Below are positions 27,693 to 37,503 of a DNA stretch of 64,000 nt, one piece after another. The translations under genes were made by a program, and so were the position numbers. Where the stretch lies: NCBI GenBank assembly GCA_002839445.1, contig PGYB01000011.1, forward strand, positions 13,817-77,816. The letters are read 5' to 3'. The first letter of the stretch is position 1. Each line of letters starts with the position of its first letter. The notes under the pieces are model-generated. The model had not been told where the DNA came from. It searched no databases and worked only from the letters and a program-made list of their open reading frames with translations. This DNA is from Candidatus Riflebacteria bacterium HGW-Riflebacteria-1. Its GTDB lineage: Bacteria; Muiribacteriota; Ozemobacteria; Ozemobacterales; Ozemobacteraceae.

Positions 27693-30665
27693 ATGGGTAA
27701 TATAAACGAAAAAGCTTTGCGACTGCTGATTGCAGTCGTTTTTGCTGTTCTGGTCTTTTTACCTCTGACGCTTGTGTGTTCAGAACTGTCTGTCATAGCC
27801 GGCCAGAAATACCAGTATCAGGTAAAATTGCTTGAACATGAGCTCAAAGAGCAGTTTAACTCATTCAGAGAAAGTCTTATTCCTCGCCTCTATCTTCAGA
27901 ATATTCTTAAGGCCGGCGAAGCGCATATTGGTCTCACTTCTGAGACTCTGAAGCGCCCGGTTTTTGAACGTGGTATTGACCCGAAGCTTATTACTGCGGC
28001 AACCAGAAAGCAACTGCTTGATTTCTACAAAGACTATGCCGGTATCGAGCCTTTGCTGCTGGTTTCATTCAATGCTGACTTTGCCTCGCTCTGGTCCTGG
28101 TTCAGCCCGGATATGCATGCTTTAACAGCTCAAGCCAGAAATGAGCTTGAAAATGCACTGACCATTTACACCGCGAACCTGTCATCGTTCACCCCGGTTG
28201 TCAATAACGATCCCGATACATTTCATCGTTTCTATCGCATGTATCCAGCTGCCTACGCTCGTTTTGACAGCGGTCAGGGCGCTGGTAGTCTCAAGAAGAT
28301 TTTTCATCGTCTGTTTGCCGATTACTTTTCTGAAATGGCTTATAGCCCGCCGCATCATCAGGGCGTCTGCTTTGAGATAGTCACTGACATGTATGGCAGC
28401 CGGCGTATTTTTACCTATCATAGAGCGGTCAGCCGTCGTCATGAACAGATTTATGGCGGTTATTTTGTTGCCTTTGCCAGCAAACAGATAAGAGTAGCTG
28501 ATATGCTGGCAAATACTTTGCAACGGCAGCAGCCTGGGTTTGTTCGTCAGTTGCTGGCAAGCACTTCATTGCCGCTGAACCGGGTCGTGCATAATGCTGA
28601 TGAATTGCTTATGGCAACACATGTGCCAACCGAACTGGCCGGCTACAATTCGTTGGCGTCGCAGCCACTGCGACTGCCGGGCTATCTCTATGTTTCAGCG
28701 TCTTTACGTGACATCAAAACAGCTTTTCGGCAAAGCCTTCAGCAGCTGAGTTTTCTGCAAAGATTCGCCGCTCTCTCGGTGTTTTGTGGAGCCACTTACT
28801 TCGTTCTGTTTGGCTTTCCACTGCTTTTCAGACTGCGCGCGCGAATGCTCGCCGCTATTACTCTGGTAATGCTGCTGCCTTATGCAATTCTGGGTTTTTT
28901 CTGTTTTGGCCTGCTCGACAGCATCGAAAGCCTCGGCAAGCATGAACTAGAAAGCGAAGCCGGTGGCCTGATGTATCGACTGCACAATTATTTTGACGAC
29001 CAGAAACTGCAGTTCATAATGCATATTCTCAAGGCAAAATTGCGCATGATGAGAGTGGTTGATGCGCCGGCCGATGAAATAATGCGCCTGCCGGCTTCCG
29101 AAATTGTCAGTGACGAGAGTGAAACCAACCTGAGTTTTTTTCGTAATGATGGCGTTACCAGAACCTTTCGTGATCGTGGTTCACCCAATACCGAGGTCGG
29201 CAAACTCGACAACCTTCTGTCGGCAAAGTTTCTAGGTAACCTTGGCGAACTCGAATCAGCCAGTGCCGAAGTAAAAAAAATCCAGCAGCAGTCACAGCTT
29301 GCAGACGGTTTTTTTGAATCATTTCGTCACAACTATTATGAACACAGTATTCTCAGCAATGAGGGAGTCGAAGTCAGAGACATTCGCAAAGTGGATAACT
29401 TTTCGCGTATGATTTATTATCTCATTCCTTCACGCCGGTCAAAAGGCATATCGCGTGTGCGCGCTCTTGCCATGACCGGAACCAGCAGCACAGGGTACAT
29501 TCTGGTGCAGCCAAATGATTTTTCGCCGCAGATCTATTCTGAAACGACTGCGCTGGGTGAGCATGAATTTGCCCTTGCCCAGCGCCGCACCGATGACAGT
29601 GTTTTGCGCTGGTGGCCTGAATACATTAATCCTGATGCTGAGTTGCGCAATCTGCTTGACGTTGCTTCACTCAAGCGGCAAAGCGGGTTTCAGAAAAAGG
29701 CCGCCGCGAAGGGTTTTAAATTTAGCCAGTACCGCTATTTTCCAGACAAGCCGGCAGTTTTTGCCGGGACTTCCCGACATGTTACTGATCACCTGCTCCA
29801 GTTTACCATCAAGGTTTTTCCGGTATTGCTGTTGTTGATTGCAATCGTCAGTTTGTTGCTTTTTGCCGAAATTCTCGCCGCCCTCTTTGTAAGCCCGGTC
29901 AAAGGCTTTCATAAAGCTGCCCGGCTGGTCAGCGCCGGGAACTTCAGTGTGTCTGTAAAGCTCGAAAAAACCGATGAATTTTCGCTGCTCGCTGACTCAT
30001 TCAATCGCATGACTCTCGGGCTGCAGCAGCGCGAAAAGATGCGGCGTTTTGTTTCCGAAGATCTTTATGAGCAACTTGGCAAAAAGACGTTTACCGCAGC
30101 TCCAAGAGTTACGCAACTCACGCTGTTGGCCAGTGATATTCGCGGTTTTACCGCGCTCAGTGAGAAGCATGAACCGCAGCAGATTGTGGGTCTGCTCAAC
30201 GACTATTTCACTGAGATGGAAAGCGCAATCACCAGCAGTGGCGGTTTTATCGAGCGCCTGGTTGGTGATGCTGTTGTTGCGGTTTTTTACCCGTCGCCGG
30301 ATTGTAGCAGCGAAGAAATGGCAATGCAGGCGGCGGTTGGCATGCGCGCGCGGCTGGCTGAGCTTAACCGCGACCGGATTGCGCGCGGCCTGTTTCCCAT
30401 CGATAATGGCATTGGCATCGCTACCGGAACGGCTTTTTCAGGCATGGCCGGCGCCGCTTCCGGCCGTCGTATTTTTTCGGTAATCGGCGAGGTTGCGCGC
30501 CATGCCGAACAGATTGAGAGTGCCTCGCGCCATGTCGCATCACGCATTCTGTTGTGTCCGGCTACCGCAAAAAAACTTGCGCGGCTTTACCGACTCGAAG
30601 ACGCTGCCGCAAAATGCGGTATCAGTGCATATACAATCAGTGCAGCAGGAGGCGACGATGTCTGA
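27693..30665 (+). CDS. membrane sensor class III nucleotidyl cyclase, A-type subunit (paralog 3)
   Basis: A 990-aa protein. The core is TLLASDIRGFTALSEKHEPQQIVGLLNDYFTEMESAITSSGGFIERLVGDAVVAVFY. The Asn/Arg position is degenerate (GEVARHAEQIESASR). Confidence 0.85.
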   Translation: MGNINEKALRLLIAVVFAVLVFLPLTLVCSELSVIAGQKYQYQVKLLEHELKEQFNSFRESLIPRLYLQNILKAGEAHIGLTSETLKRPVFERGIDPKLITAATRKQLLDFYKDYAGIEPLLLVSFNADFASLWSWFSPDMHALTAQARNELENALTIYTANLSSFTPVVNNDPDTFHRFYRMYPAAYARFDSGQGAGSLKKIFHRLFADYFSEMAYSPPHHQGVCFEIVTDMYGSRRIFTYHRAVSRRHEQIYGGYFVAFASKQIRVADMLANTLQRQQPGFVRQLLASTSLPLNRVVHNADELLMATHVPTELAGYNSLASQPLRLPGYLYVSASLRDIKTAFRQSLQQLSFLQRFAALSVFCGATYFVLFGFPLLFRLRARMLAAITLVMLLPYAILGFFCFGLLDSIESLGKHELESEAGGLMYRLHNYFDDQKLQFIMHILKAKLRMMRVVDAPADEIMRLPASEIVSDESETNLSFFRNDGVTRTFRDRGSPNTEVGKLDNLLSAKFLGNLGELESASAEVKKIQQQSQLADGFFESFRHNYYEHSILSNEGVEVRDIRKVDNFSRMIYYLIPSRRSKGISRVRALAMTGTSSTGYILVQPNDFSPQIYSETTALGEHEFALAQRRTDDSVLRWWPEYINPDAELRNLLDVASLKRQSGFQKKAAAKGFKFSQYRYFPDKPAVFAGTSRHVTDHLLQFTIKVFPVLLLLIAIVSLLLFAEILAALFVSPVKGFHKAARLVSAGNFSVSVKLEKTDEFSLLADSFNRMTLGLQQREKMRRFVSEDLYEQLGKKTFTAAPRVTQLTLLASDIRGFTALSEKHEPQQIVGLLNDYFTEMESAITSSGGFIERLVGDAVVAVFYPSPDCSSEEMAMQAAVGMRARLAELNRDRIARGLFPIDNGIGIATGTAFSGMAGAASGRRIFSVIGEVARHAEQIESASRHVASRILLCPATAKKLARLYRLEDAAAKCGISAYTISAAGGDDV

Positions 30666-33555
30666 ACAGATCATCAGAATCAAACGCCGTATAAATGGCC
30701 TGACACTGTTGCTGGTCTGGGTTATGGTGTTTGCGTTGCCGGCTTTTCTCGTTCTGCTGAGTTTGCACTACCTGTTTGATCTGGCCAGAGTCGCCAGGCA
30801 GCGCGCTATCGCCGGCGCAATGACGAGTGAAATGGAAGTTTTCCGCCAGGATCTCGTTGTTTCCAGCTTCATTCAAAACAGTATGGATAAGTATTTTGCC
30901 GGCCTGTCTGATCTGCCAGACTACCGCGACCCGGCAGCAGTTCTGGCGGGCCTGGCATCGGCAACCGGAATTCAACCAGCCGGCATTATCTGCCATGACG
31001 CCGATACCGCTGATTTTGCCCATCACTTTACCCCCTTTCTTGCCCAACAAATTAAGTCTTTGCCGCGTAACCTGATGCGGCGCTATCTGGTGAATCTGAA
31101 TCAGCAGCTGGACTGTAAATTTTACAGCCAGCAGGTCGAAACAGCTACCCGCGCAATGTTTCGCTTTGCCGATGCCGAAAGGGCCGGCAAAGATCTCGAC
31201 CAGTTTTTCCGCCGGGTCTTTACTCTGATCACTGAGATTCCGCTGATTCCACAACGTGTTTCTAAATCGATTTCTTCACAGCTCGGTGGTGTTGTTTACT
31301 TTTATTATCAGCCTTTTATTGTCGATGAAGCCGCTGCCAGGTTTATCAAAGGTGGCTGTCTGCTGATTTTTCGCGGCGCTGAAATTCCCTGGAAAAATGC
31401 TGCGCTGGCGGCGGCGCGGCGTGCTTCGCCCGGACTTCTACGCAGCTTTGTCGGACAGGCAAACTCGTTGTGGAACAGCGATAAGAATAATCCCGAAATC
31501 GTCACCAGGTTTTATGAAGACAGCGCTGGCTATCACCTGATATCAACCTTTTCACAGACCAGTCTGGTCGATATAACACAGGGTGGCACTTTGTTGCCGG
31601 TCAATCTGCGTTCTGTTGCTGAAAAAATGCCATTACTGAAAGTCTCGGTAGCATGGCCGCAGCTGCAGCATCCCCTATTGCCATGGTTGTCACACATCAC
31701 TTTCATTTGTCGACTTTACGTTCTTTTTGGCGCTTTTTTCCTTCTGCGTTTTTTCTTTTTTGGTATCGAATTCAGAGCTGGTATTACCAGCAAGGTTGTT
31801 GTTGGCACGGGCTTTGTTCTGCTGCTGCCAGTTCTGTTGCTGTTGGCCGGTTTTGTTACCTGGCACCAGTTTCATCGTATTTACGGCTGGTACATTGCGG
31901 AGGCAAGGCAGAAAGATGCTTATGTCGATTTCAGTGAAGGCTTTTCCGGTTATCAGACAACATTGCAGAAGAGTATTTTCGATCTATCGCAGACTGTCGA
32001 CAAATTGCTCAGAACCGATCGTTTGCGCAATATCGAAAGCCTGTTCCAAAAGTGGCTCAAAGATTCGATTGCCTCTGATCTGATTCTCGATTTGCCAGAC
32101 CGCCAGAGGATAAAGGTGCTTTCGGCTAAGCATCGTGTTTTAGAGGGACCGCAGGAAGATGCTAACCGTCGCATAACCGGTTTTGCCATTATCAACGCGT
32201 TTGACGAGAACGGTCGTTTTAACGATGTGTTTACCGAAGATCAAAAGCGCGACGCTATTGCTATTGATTCGCAATTTGTCAGCGAAGTGATTAATCGCTG
32301 GGGTCGTCTTTATCAGAATCTGCGCTTTCACCAGGGCAGCCGCTTTTCGACAGTTTATCTGCACGCGCCTGATCAGAATCGGCCAAGCGCTTTGCTTAAC
32401 ATGAAGGTTGGCAATGAAGACATGCTGCGCGATTACGTTCAGCGCCATTTTGTTACAGTACCTGATGTGCAGACGGACTTTTATCTGTTGCGCGACGAAG
32501 ATGGTATACGGCGCTATTACTCTCTGTTTGACCAGCGAGAAGTCAGTGAACCTGAGCTGCTCGCCAGCTTCAATCTGGCCGTGACTTCTGGTCAGCACAG
32601 CCGGCGAATCGCCAACAGGGATCTTGTGCAGATTTTTGCGATGAGTGATTACCCGCTTTTGCTGGTTATGCGCAGCAATAACGTAACCGGCCATTATGGC
32701 AGTCTTAATTTTATCGTTCTGCTGTTGGCTTACGCAGTGCTGCTGCTGTTATTCGTTTTTCTGGTGTTTATGCTCATTTACCTGCGCCCGATCCGAGAAT
32801 TCATCAGGGTGACAGAAGCGGTGGCGGCCGGCGATTATCAGCAGCAGGTCGAACTCTCGCAGGCCGACGAATTCGGCGATCTCAAAACCACTTTCGATAC
32901 CATGATTCATGGCCTCGAACAGCGGCGCCGCCTCGCGCATTTTGTTTCGAGCGAAGTAATCAAGGCAGTCGAGTCAGACTCTGAAGAAAGCATGGCTGTT
33001 GGCGGCGAACGTATCGATGCGACAATTGCTTTTGTACAGCTCGAAAAGCTGCAGCACCTTCAGGCAGATGCAACTGCTGAGCAGGTTTTCGATATACTCA
33101 GCGACTTTATTGCCGCGGCTGATCTCTCAGCCGGCCAGCATGGCGGTGTTGTCGACAAGCTTGTCGAAGATACGCTTATGCTGGTGTTCAGGGGCAACAG
33201 CGAGCGCCCCGATCACGCGGCCGCCGCCTGCGCTGCCGTGCTGGATCTCGAACTAAAAATGCGTGCGCCAGGCTTGCGTATCTGCGCCGGCATTGCCAGC
33301 GGCCCGGTCGTTTCCGGCCGTATCGGCTCGCGTCTCGGCAAACTCGACTTTACCGTCATCGGCGATACCGTTAACCTCGCCGCCCGCCTCAAGGCCCAGG
33401 CCAAAAAAGCCGCCAGCACCGGCATAATAATCTCACCCGGCGCGATTCGCATTTTAAAAGGCCGTGCCCGCGTCAGCTTTATCGAACGCGTCGAAATCAA
33501 AGGCAAAAGCCGCGAATACCCGCTTTATGAGCTTCTCTCCCTGCGCCACACTTGA
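30658..33555 (+). CDS. membrane sensor cyclase B-type subunit (paralog 3)
   Basis: The likely start MSEQIIRIKRR at ATG 30658 overlaps the A3 stop by 8 nt (ATGTCTGA). The ORF-track start at 30493 lies inside the A3 coding sequence and is probably spurious. The core is TIAFVQLEKL ... DKLVEDTLMLVFRG ... DFTVIGDTVNLAARLKA. Confidence 0.8.
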   Translation: MSEQIIRIKRRINGLTLLLVWVMVFALPAFLVLLSLHYLFDLARVARQRAIAGAMTSEMEVFRQDLVVSSFIQNSMDKYFAGLSDLPDYRDPAAVLAGLASATGIQPAGIICHDADTADFAHHFTPFLAQQIKSLPRNLMRRYLVNLNQQLDCKFYSQQVETATRAMFRFADAERAGKDLDQFFRRVFTLITEIPLIPQRVSKSISSQLGGVVYFYYQPFIVDEAAARFIKGGCLLIFRGAEIPWKNAALAAARRASPGLLRSFVGQANSLWNSDKNNPEIVTRFYEDSAGYHLISTFSQTSLVDITQGGTLLPVNLRSVAEKMPLLKVSVAWPQLQHPLLPWLSHITFICRLYVLFGAFFLLRFFFFGIEFRAGITSKVVVGTGFVLLLPVLLLLAGFVTWHQFHRIYGWYIAEARQKDAYVDFSEGFSGYQTTLQKSIFDLSQTVDKLLRTDRLRNIESLFQKWLKDSIASDLILDLPDRQRIKVLSAKHRVLEGPQEDANRRITGFAIINAFDENGRFNDVFTEDQKRDAIAIDSQFVSEVINRWGRLYQNLRFHQGSRFSTVYLHAPDQNRPSALLNMKVGNEDMLRDYVQRHFVTVPDVQTDFYLLRDEDGIRRYYSLFDQREVSEPELLASFNLAVTSGQHSRRIANRDLVQIFAMSDYPLLLVMRSNNVTGHYGSLNFIVLLLAYAVLLLLFVFLVFMLIYLRPIREFIRVTEAVAAGDYQQQVELSQADEFGDLKTTFDTMIHGLEQRRRLAHFVSSEVIKAVESDSEESMAVGGERIDATIAFVQLEKLQHLQADATAEQVFDILSDFIAAADLSAGQHGGVVDKLVEDTLMLVFRGNSERPDHAAAACAAVLDLELKMRAPGLRICAGIASGPVVSGRIGSRLGKLDFTVIGDTVNLAARLKAQAKKAASTGIIISPGAIRILKGRARVSFIERVEIKGKSREYPLYELLSLRHT

Positions 33556-33685
33556 TCGGCCTGCTGATTCAAACAATTGCACTGGCAATCACGACAACAA
33601 CACCTTAATGGTAAAAACTGATTGCGTTGCAATCAATGATTGCATATAATTATGTTGTGGCTGATGCAATTTAAAGGAGACAGGT

Positions 33686-33943
33686 ATGGCGAGCATAACT
33701 ATTCGCAATATCGATGAAGAACTTAAAAGTCTGCTGCGGCTCAGCGCCGCGACCAGAAATGTTTCCATGGAAGAAGAAGCCCGCCAGATCTTACGCCGCT
33801 TTTTGTTGCGTAAAAAGAGCAGTGAAGGAATTGGCTCGCGCATTGCCAGCCGTTTTGCGCAAATTGGCGGCATCGACCTGCCGCCAGTCGTCAGGTCAGT
33901 TCCCCGCTCCGGTGGCTTTGAACCGGAGGATGGGCAGCCTTGA
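33686..33943 (+). CDS. vapB: VapB/FitA-type antitoxin (ribbon-helix-helix)
   Basis: An 85-aa protein whose N-terminus MASITIRNIDEELKSLLRLSAA is typical of FitA/VapB RHH antitoxins. It overlaps the downstream PIN gene by 4 nt. Confidence 0.75.
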   Translation: MASITIRNIDEELKSLLRLSAATRNVSMEEEARQILRRFLLRKKSSEGIGSRIASRFAQIGGIDLPPVVRSVPRSGGFEPEDGQP

Positions 33944-34359
33944 TACTGCTTGACACCAACGTGATTTCTGAAATGATGCGCCCTGCGCCAGAACCGGGTG
34001 TCGTCGCCTGGCTCAATGCTTATGACGAACTCGATGTCTGGATCAGCTCCATAACAGTCGCCGAAATTTTCCTTGGCATCGCCCTTCTGCCTGCAGGAAA
34101 GCGCAAATCCAGTCTGATTGAGATTACTGACCAGATGTTTTTGCAGGACTTCCATGAACGCTGTCTGCCTTTCGATCAGTCTGCTGCTGCGAAGTATGCT
34201 GCAATAGTTGCCGAAAGAAAACGAAATGGCAGCCCGATAAGCGTTGAAGATGCTCAGATCGCAGCTATTGCCATCGCGGGTGGCCTTACTCTCGCCACCA
34301 GAAACATAAAGGATTTTGCCGGCATTCAGGGTCTGAAGACAATAAACCCCTGGACCTGA
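33940..34359 (+). CDS. vapC: VapC PIN-domain toxin
   Basis: The N-terminus MILLDTNVISE with a conserved Asp, plus an overall PIN pattern (TRNIKDF). It is 139 aa. Confidence 0.8.
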   Translation: MILLDTNVISEMMRPAPEPGVVAWLNAYDELDVWISSITVAEIFLGIALLPAGKRKSSLIEITDQMFLQDFHERCLPFDQSAAAKYAAIVAERKRNGSPISVEDAQIAAIAIAGGLTLATRNIKDFAGIQGLKTINPWT

Positions 34360-34455
34360 CTATAATCCTGTGTCACCGTCCCCGGCAGCCTTTCATCAGA
34401 CGATCTGATCAAAATCGAAAAGGCCATCAGAACCCAGCTGGCAACGAGCTGATAT

Positions 34456-34565
34456 CATCACCCATACTTCGCCGCTGCTGGCGATTTTACCCGCCGCACC
34501 TTCGGCAGGGCTGGAAAAACCCGGCGGCAGTAGACGCTTAAACCCGCAAACTGCGCGTTCGCTTG
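34456..34565. repeat. remnant copy (~110 bp) of the Uma2-gene 3' region repeat
   Basis: CCCATACTTCGCCGCTGCTGGCGATTTTACCCGCCGCACCTTCGGCAGGGCTGGAAAAACCCGGCGGCAGTAGACGCTTAAACCCGCAAACTGCGCG is nearly identical to 35300-35400 and 37040-37140. It is fused to the 3' end of the RelE-like gene. Confidence 0.75.
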
Positions 34566-34570
34566 TCGGC

Positions 34571-34933
34571 TTACTGTCGCTTTTTCTTTTGTGGTTTCTT
34601 TGCCTGTTCTTCTCGCGCCTGCGTTATTAGATCTTTAACAAGACCTGCCCGCTTCTGTGCCTGCTTGTAAAAGTTCTCATGCGGCCCGACCATAAAAACA
34701 GTCACATTGGAATCTTTGATTATATAGACATAAACAGCTCGATACTGGCCACTGCCCTTTAATGAAAACTCAAGCGATCGAGCGCCTTGCAAGCTACCGG
34801 ACAAAGGATGCCCTTTTTCGGGGTTGTTTCTTAATATCTTCAAATGCTCAATTACTTCGCTGGAAATCTTCCATAAGGCTTTCAAATCTCTCTCTGCCAA
34901 TTTGGTTAATTCAACAACGACTTCAGAGTTCAT
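34571..34933 (-). CDS. RelE/ParE-family type II toxin
   Basis: A 120-aa protein containing ...RAVYVYIIKDSNVTVFMVGPHENFY, typical of RelE/ParE/HigB folds. It overlaps the upstream antitoxin gene by 4 nt. Confidence 0.65.
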   Translation of the reverse strand: MNSEVVVELTKLAERDLKALWKISSEVIEHLKILRNNPEKGHPLSGSLQGARSLEFSLKGSGQYRAVYVYIIKDSNVTVFMVGPHENFYKQAQKRAGLVKDLITQAREEQAKKPQKKKRQ

Positions 34934-35190
34934 TTCTTGCTTCTTTTGCTTCTTTTCATCTTCTGTTCGAATTCTTCAAGGGTAACCGTATTACCGGCCT
35001 TGCTTTCTTGTATAGCGTGTCTGGCAAGTATATCAAAAGGATTTTCAGCTTTTGCCAGTCTTAAAACATCATTGTTGTCAGCCTCAATGAAGAAAATGTC
35101 GCCGGCTTCAATATGCAACATCGCCCTGAGATCTTGCGGCAGTGAAAGTCTGCCCTTGTTGTCAACCTTGGCAGTCATGGTTCCCTTCAT
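34930..35190 (-). CDS. AbrB/MazE (SpoVT-AbrB) family antitoxin
   Basis: An 86-aa protein with the KGRLSLPQDLRAMLHIEAGD swapped-hairpin motif. Confidence 0.65.
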   Translation of the reverse strand: MKGTMTAKVDNKGRLSLPQDLRAMLHIEAGDIFFIEADNNDVLRLAKAENPFDILARHAIQESKAGNTVTLEEFEQKMKRSKRSKK

Positions 35191-35297
35191 TTACACACCT
35201 CCTTAGTGGGATATTCCTACTACAATAGTAATCAATTATCAGGAATAATGCAATGTTTTCATTGTGCTGACCGCTTTTCAGCCCCTTTCAGAAAGCA

Positions 35298-35842
35298 TTA
35301 CCCATACTTCGGCGGTGGCAGTGATTTTACCCGCTTAACTTTTGGCAGGGGTGGAAAAACCAGGCGACAGTCGACGCTTAAACCCGCAAACTGCCCGCAA
35401 TCTATCTGGGCGCTGCTGTCATAAACATCTTCGCGCCCGTAAAGTCCGTCTTTGCCGAGCTTGTAAACCCTGACCAGCCGGTCGACCGGGTGCACCAGCC
35501 AGAACTCTTTAACGCCGTGCCGACGATGCCACGCTCCTCAATCTTTTTGGGGTCGCAGACCACCATGATATCAGGCTGCACCACAGTAGAAATTTCGTCG
35601 TTTCTTATTGCTTCATCTGATAAAATTACGTCGAAAGGCGCGCATACTACTTTGCATGATTTGTCTTCGAAAAAATTGGCAAACTGTCTGCCCAGTTCCA
35701 TCGATATAATTTGATGTGTAAAACTCGGCGAAGTCATATCGAACACTTCGCCATCGATTATCTCGTAGCGCCTGTCGTCATCCCAGCTCAGATAATCGGC
35801 ATAAGAATAACCCTGCTTTTTCTTTTTAACAGCTCCAGCCAT
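35298..35842 (-). pseudogene. Uma2-family (DUF820) endonuclease gene, frameshifted (copy 1)
   Basis: The N-terminal part MAGAVKKKKQGYSYADYLSWDDDRRYEIIDGEVFDMTSPSFTHQ...PDIMVVCDPKKIEERGIVG is in one frame. The C-terminal part HGVKEFWLVHPVDRLVRVYKLGKDGLYGREDVY is in the +1 frame (ORF 35298..35495). The junction is near 35500-35515. Confidence 0.65.
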
Positions 35843-35950
35843 TATGTCCTCCAAATTGCCCGGAAAATTTTCACTAATAGCAATCCCATGTCAAACTTAA
35901 ATATGTCATCTTCCGCGATACCTGGATAAGAAAAGACATGATGACTCCGT

Positions 35951-36768
35951 TTACTTTTTTTGCGAATTGAGTCGTTTTTTTGGATCAGGTAGAGGCAAAT
36001 AGCTTTCGTTAGAGACAACCTTTTTGCCAGTTTTCTCTTCGAGTTCGAGTCTGGCTTTTTTAGCGATTCTGCCGCCTTTGACTCCAGCTTCTTTATTTTC
36101 TTTCATCCCGGTTGCATCAATACTTTCAGCGATATGCCGGGTTGAAAGCTCTGCCAGAGCGGTAAAAATCAGCTCTGCCTCAGTCATGTGATCACGCAGA
36201 TTCTGGTTTTTAAGACCCTTGATTTTTTTATGCTGCTTAACCGACACATCGCTCCATTCCTTATCATCTCAATCTGGTGGTTTTTCCAATAATCGGTCAG
36301 TTTATTACGGCTTTCCTGACCCATCATTCGCTGCTGAATCCACTTTTCACTTCTGCCTTGCTTTTGCCAGTAATCTCTGGCCCGATCCAGTGAGCGTGCC
36401 GGGTCACCTATGTCCTGAAGTCTTTCATAACCGACTTTAGCTAGCCAAAGCTTGATTGGCTCAGCTTTTGGACTCGGAACAGACTGAATAAGTCTCAATA
36501 GTGTTTCAGGATCTGCGACATCGGTAAGGTATTTTTTCCCGTCTGCAGCCATCAGCTTCAGTCGGTTACATTTTGTAACCGACTGGCTGCCCTCCTTATT
36601 CAAGCGGTTCTTCAAAACTTTCCAGTAGTTTCTCGCCGCCTGGTAGTCAGGTTGATCTATTAAAACCTGTATAATATCTACAACAGAAAAAAACCACGTT
36701 TCGGTTGTCTCATCATAATGACGCCGAATTTTAAAATTTTCAAAAACCGCCAAAGCATTATCGGTCAT
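35951..36768 (-). pseudogene. dinD: dinD-like (BRO-N domain, DNA-damage-inducible protein D family) gene, frameshifted
   Basis: ORF 36768..36184 has a BRO-N-like N-terminus (FENFKIRRHYDETTETWFFSVVDIIQVL). ORF 36247..35951 carries the DinD C-terminal region (LKNQNLRDHMTEAELIFTALAELSTRHIAE...GGRIAKKARLELEEKTGKKVV). The two ORFs overlap in different frames. Confidence 0.6.
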
Positions 36769-37020
36769 CTTGTTTCCTCATCATCGCGCAAATTTGCTCA
36801 GACTCTTGCACCCAAAGATAACAGCCATAGTACAATGCACTTCTTACTTTACCAGATCGAATGACAAAATTCAGTTCCAAATGCAAATCTGGAAAATATA
36901 GATCTAACCAGTATCAACCGTTGTTGTTAAACGTTTATTTATGAGGCCATACTTGACCTGATTAATTATCTGAGGCTGCAAACTGAAGCGAGAAGTTCTT
37001 GACGCAACAATCGCTCTGAC

Positions 37021-37503
37021 CTAAGAATATTCAGCTGGTGGCGGTGATTTCACCCGCCGCACCTTCGGCAGGGGTGGAAAAACCCGGCGGCAGTCGACGC
37101 TAAAACCGGCAAACTGCGCGCTTGCTATCTGGGCGCTGCTGCCATAAACATCTTCGCGCCCGTAAAGTCCGTCTTTGCCGAGCTTGTAAACCCTGACCAG
37201 CCGGTCGACCGGGTGCACCAGCCAGAACTCTTTAACGCCGTACAGTAGCTATTTCTTCGTTTCTTATTGCTTCATCTGATAAAATTACGTCGAAAGGCGC
37301 GCATATAACCTCGCAAGGCTTCCCATCAAAAAAGATGGCCAGCTGCGTTGCCAGCTCAAGGCTGATTTTCTGATGTGTAAAACTCGGCGAAGTCATATCG
37401 AACACTTCGCCATCAATTATCTCGTAGCGCTTGTCGTCATCCCAGCTTAAATAATCGGCATAAGAATACCGCTTCTGCTTTCGCTTGACCGCTCCCGCCA
37501 TAA
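37021..37503 (-). pseudogene. Uma2-family endonuclease gene, internally deleted and frameshifted (copy 2)
   Basis: The N-terminal part MAGAVKRKQKRYSYADYLSWDDDKRYEIIDGEVFDMTSPSFTHQ...EAIRNEEIATVRR stops early. Relative to copy 1, about 63 nt (coding QPDIMVVCDPKKIEERGIVG) are missing. The C-terminal part LVHPVDRLVRVYKLGKDGLYGREDVY is in another frame (ORF 37021..37218). Confidence 0.65.

Noticed and set aside
30493-30657. Upstream extension of the cyclase B3 ORF (start 30493), and similarly 12443 for B1
   Set aside because: The extension overlaps the end of the preceding A gene in another frame. The conserved MAE/MSE start at the ATGNNTGA junction is the consistent start in all three pairs.
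9658-33555. Pycsar- or CBASS-like antiphage cyclase system
   Set aside because: There is no adjacent effector with cNMP-binding, TIR, transmembrane or phospholipase domains. The proteins are large sensory membrane cyclases with HAMP domains, so a signal-transduction role is more likely. A defence role is not excluded, only unsupported.
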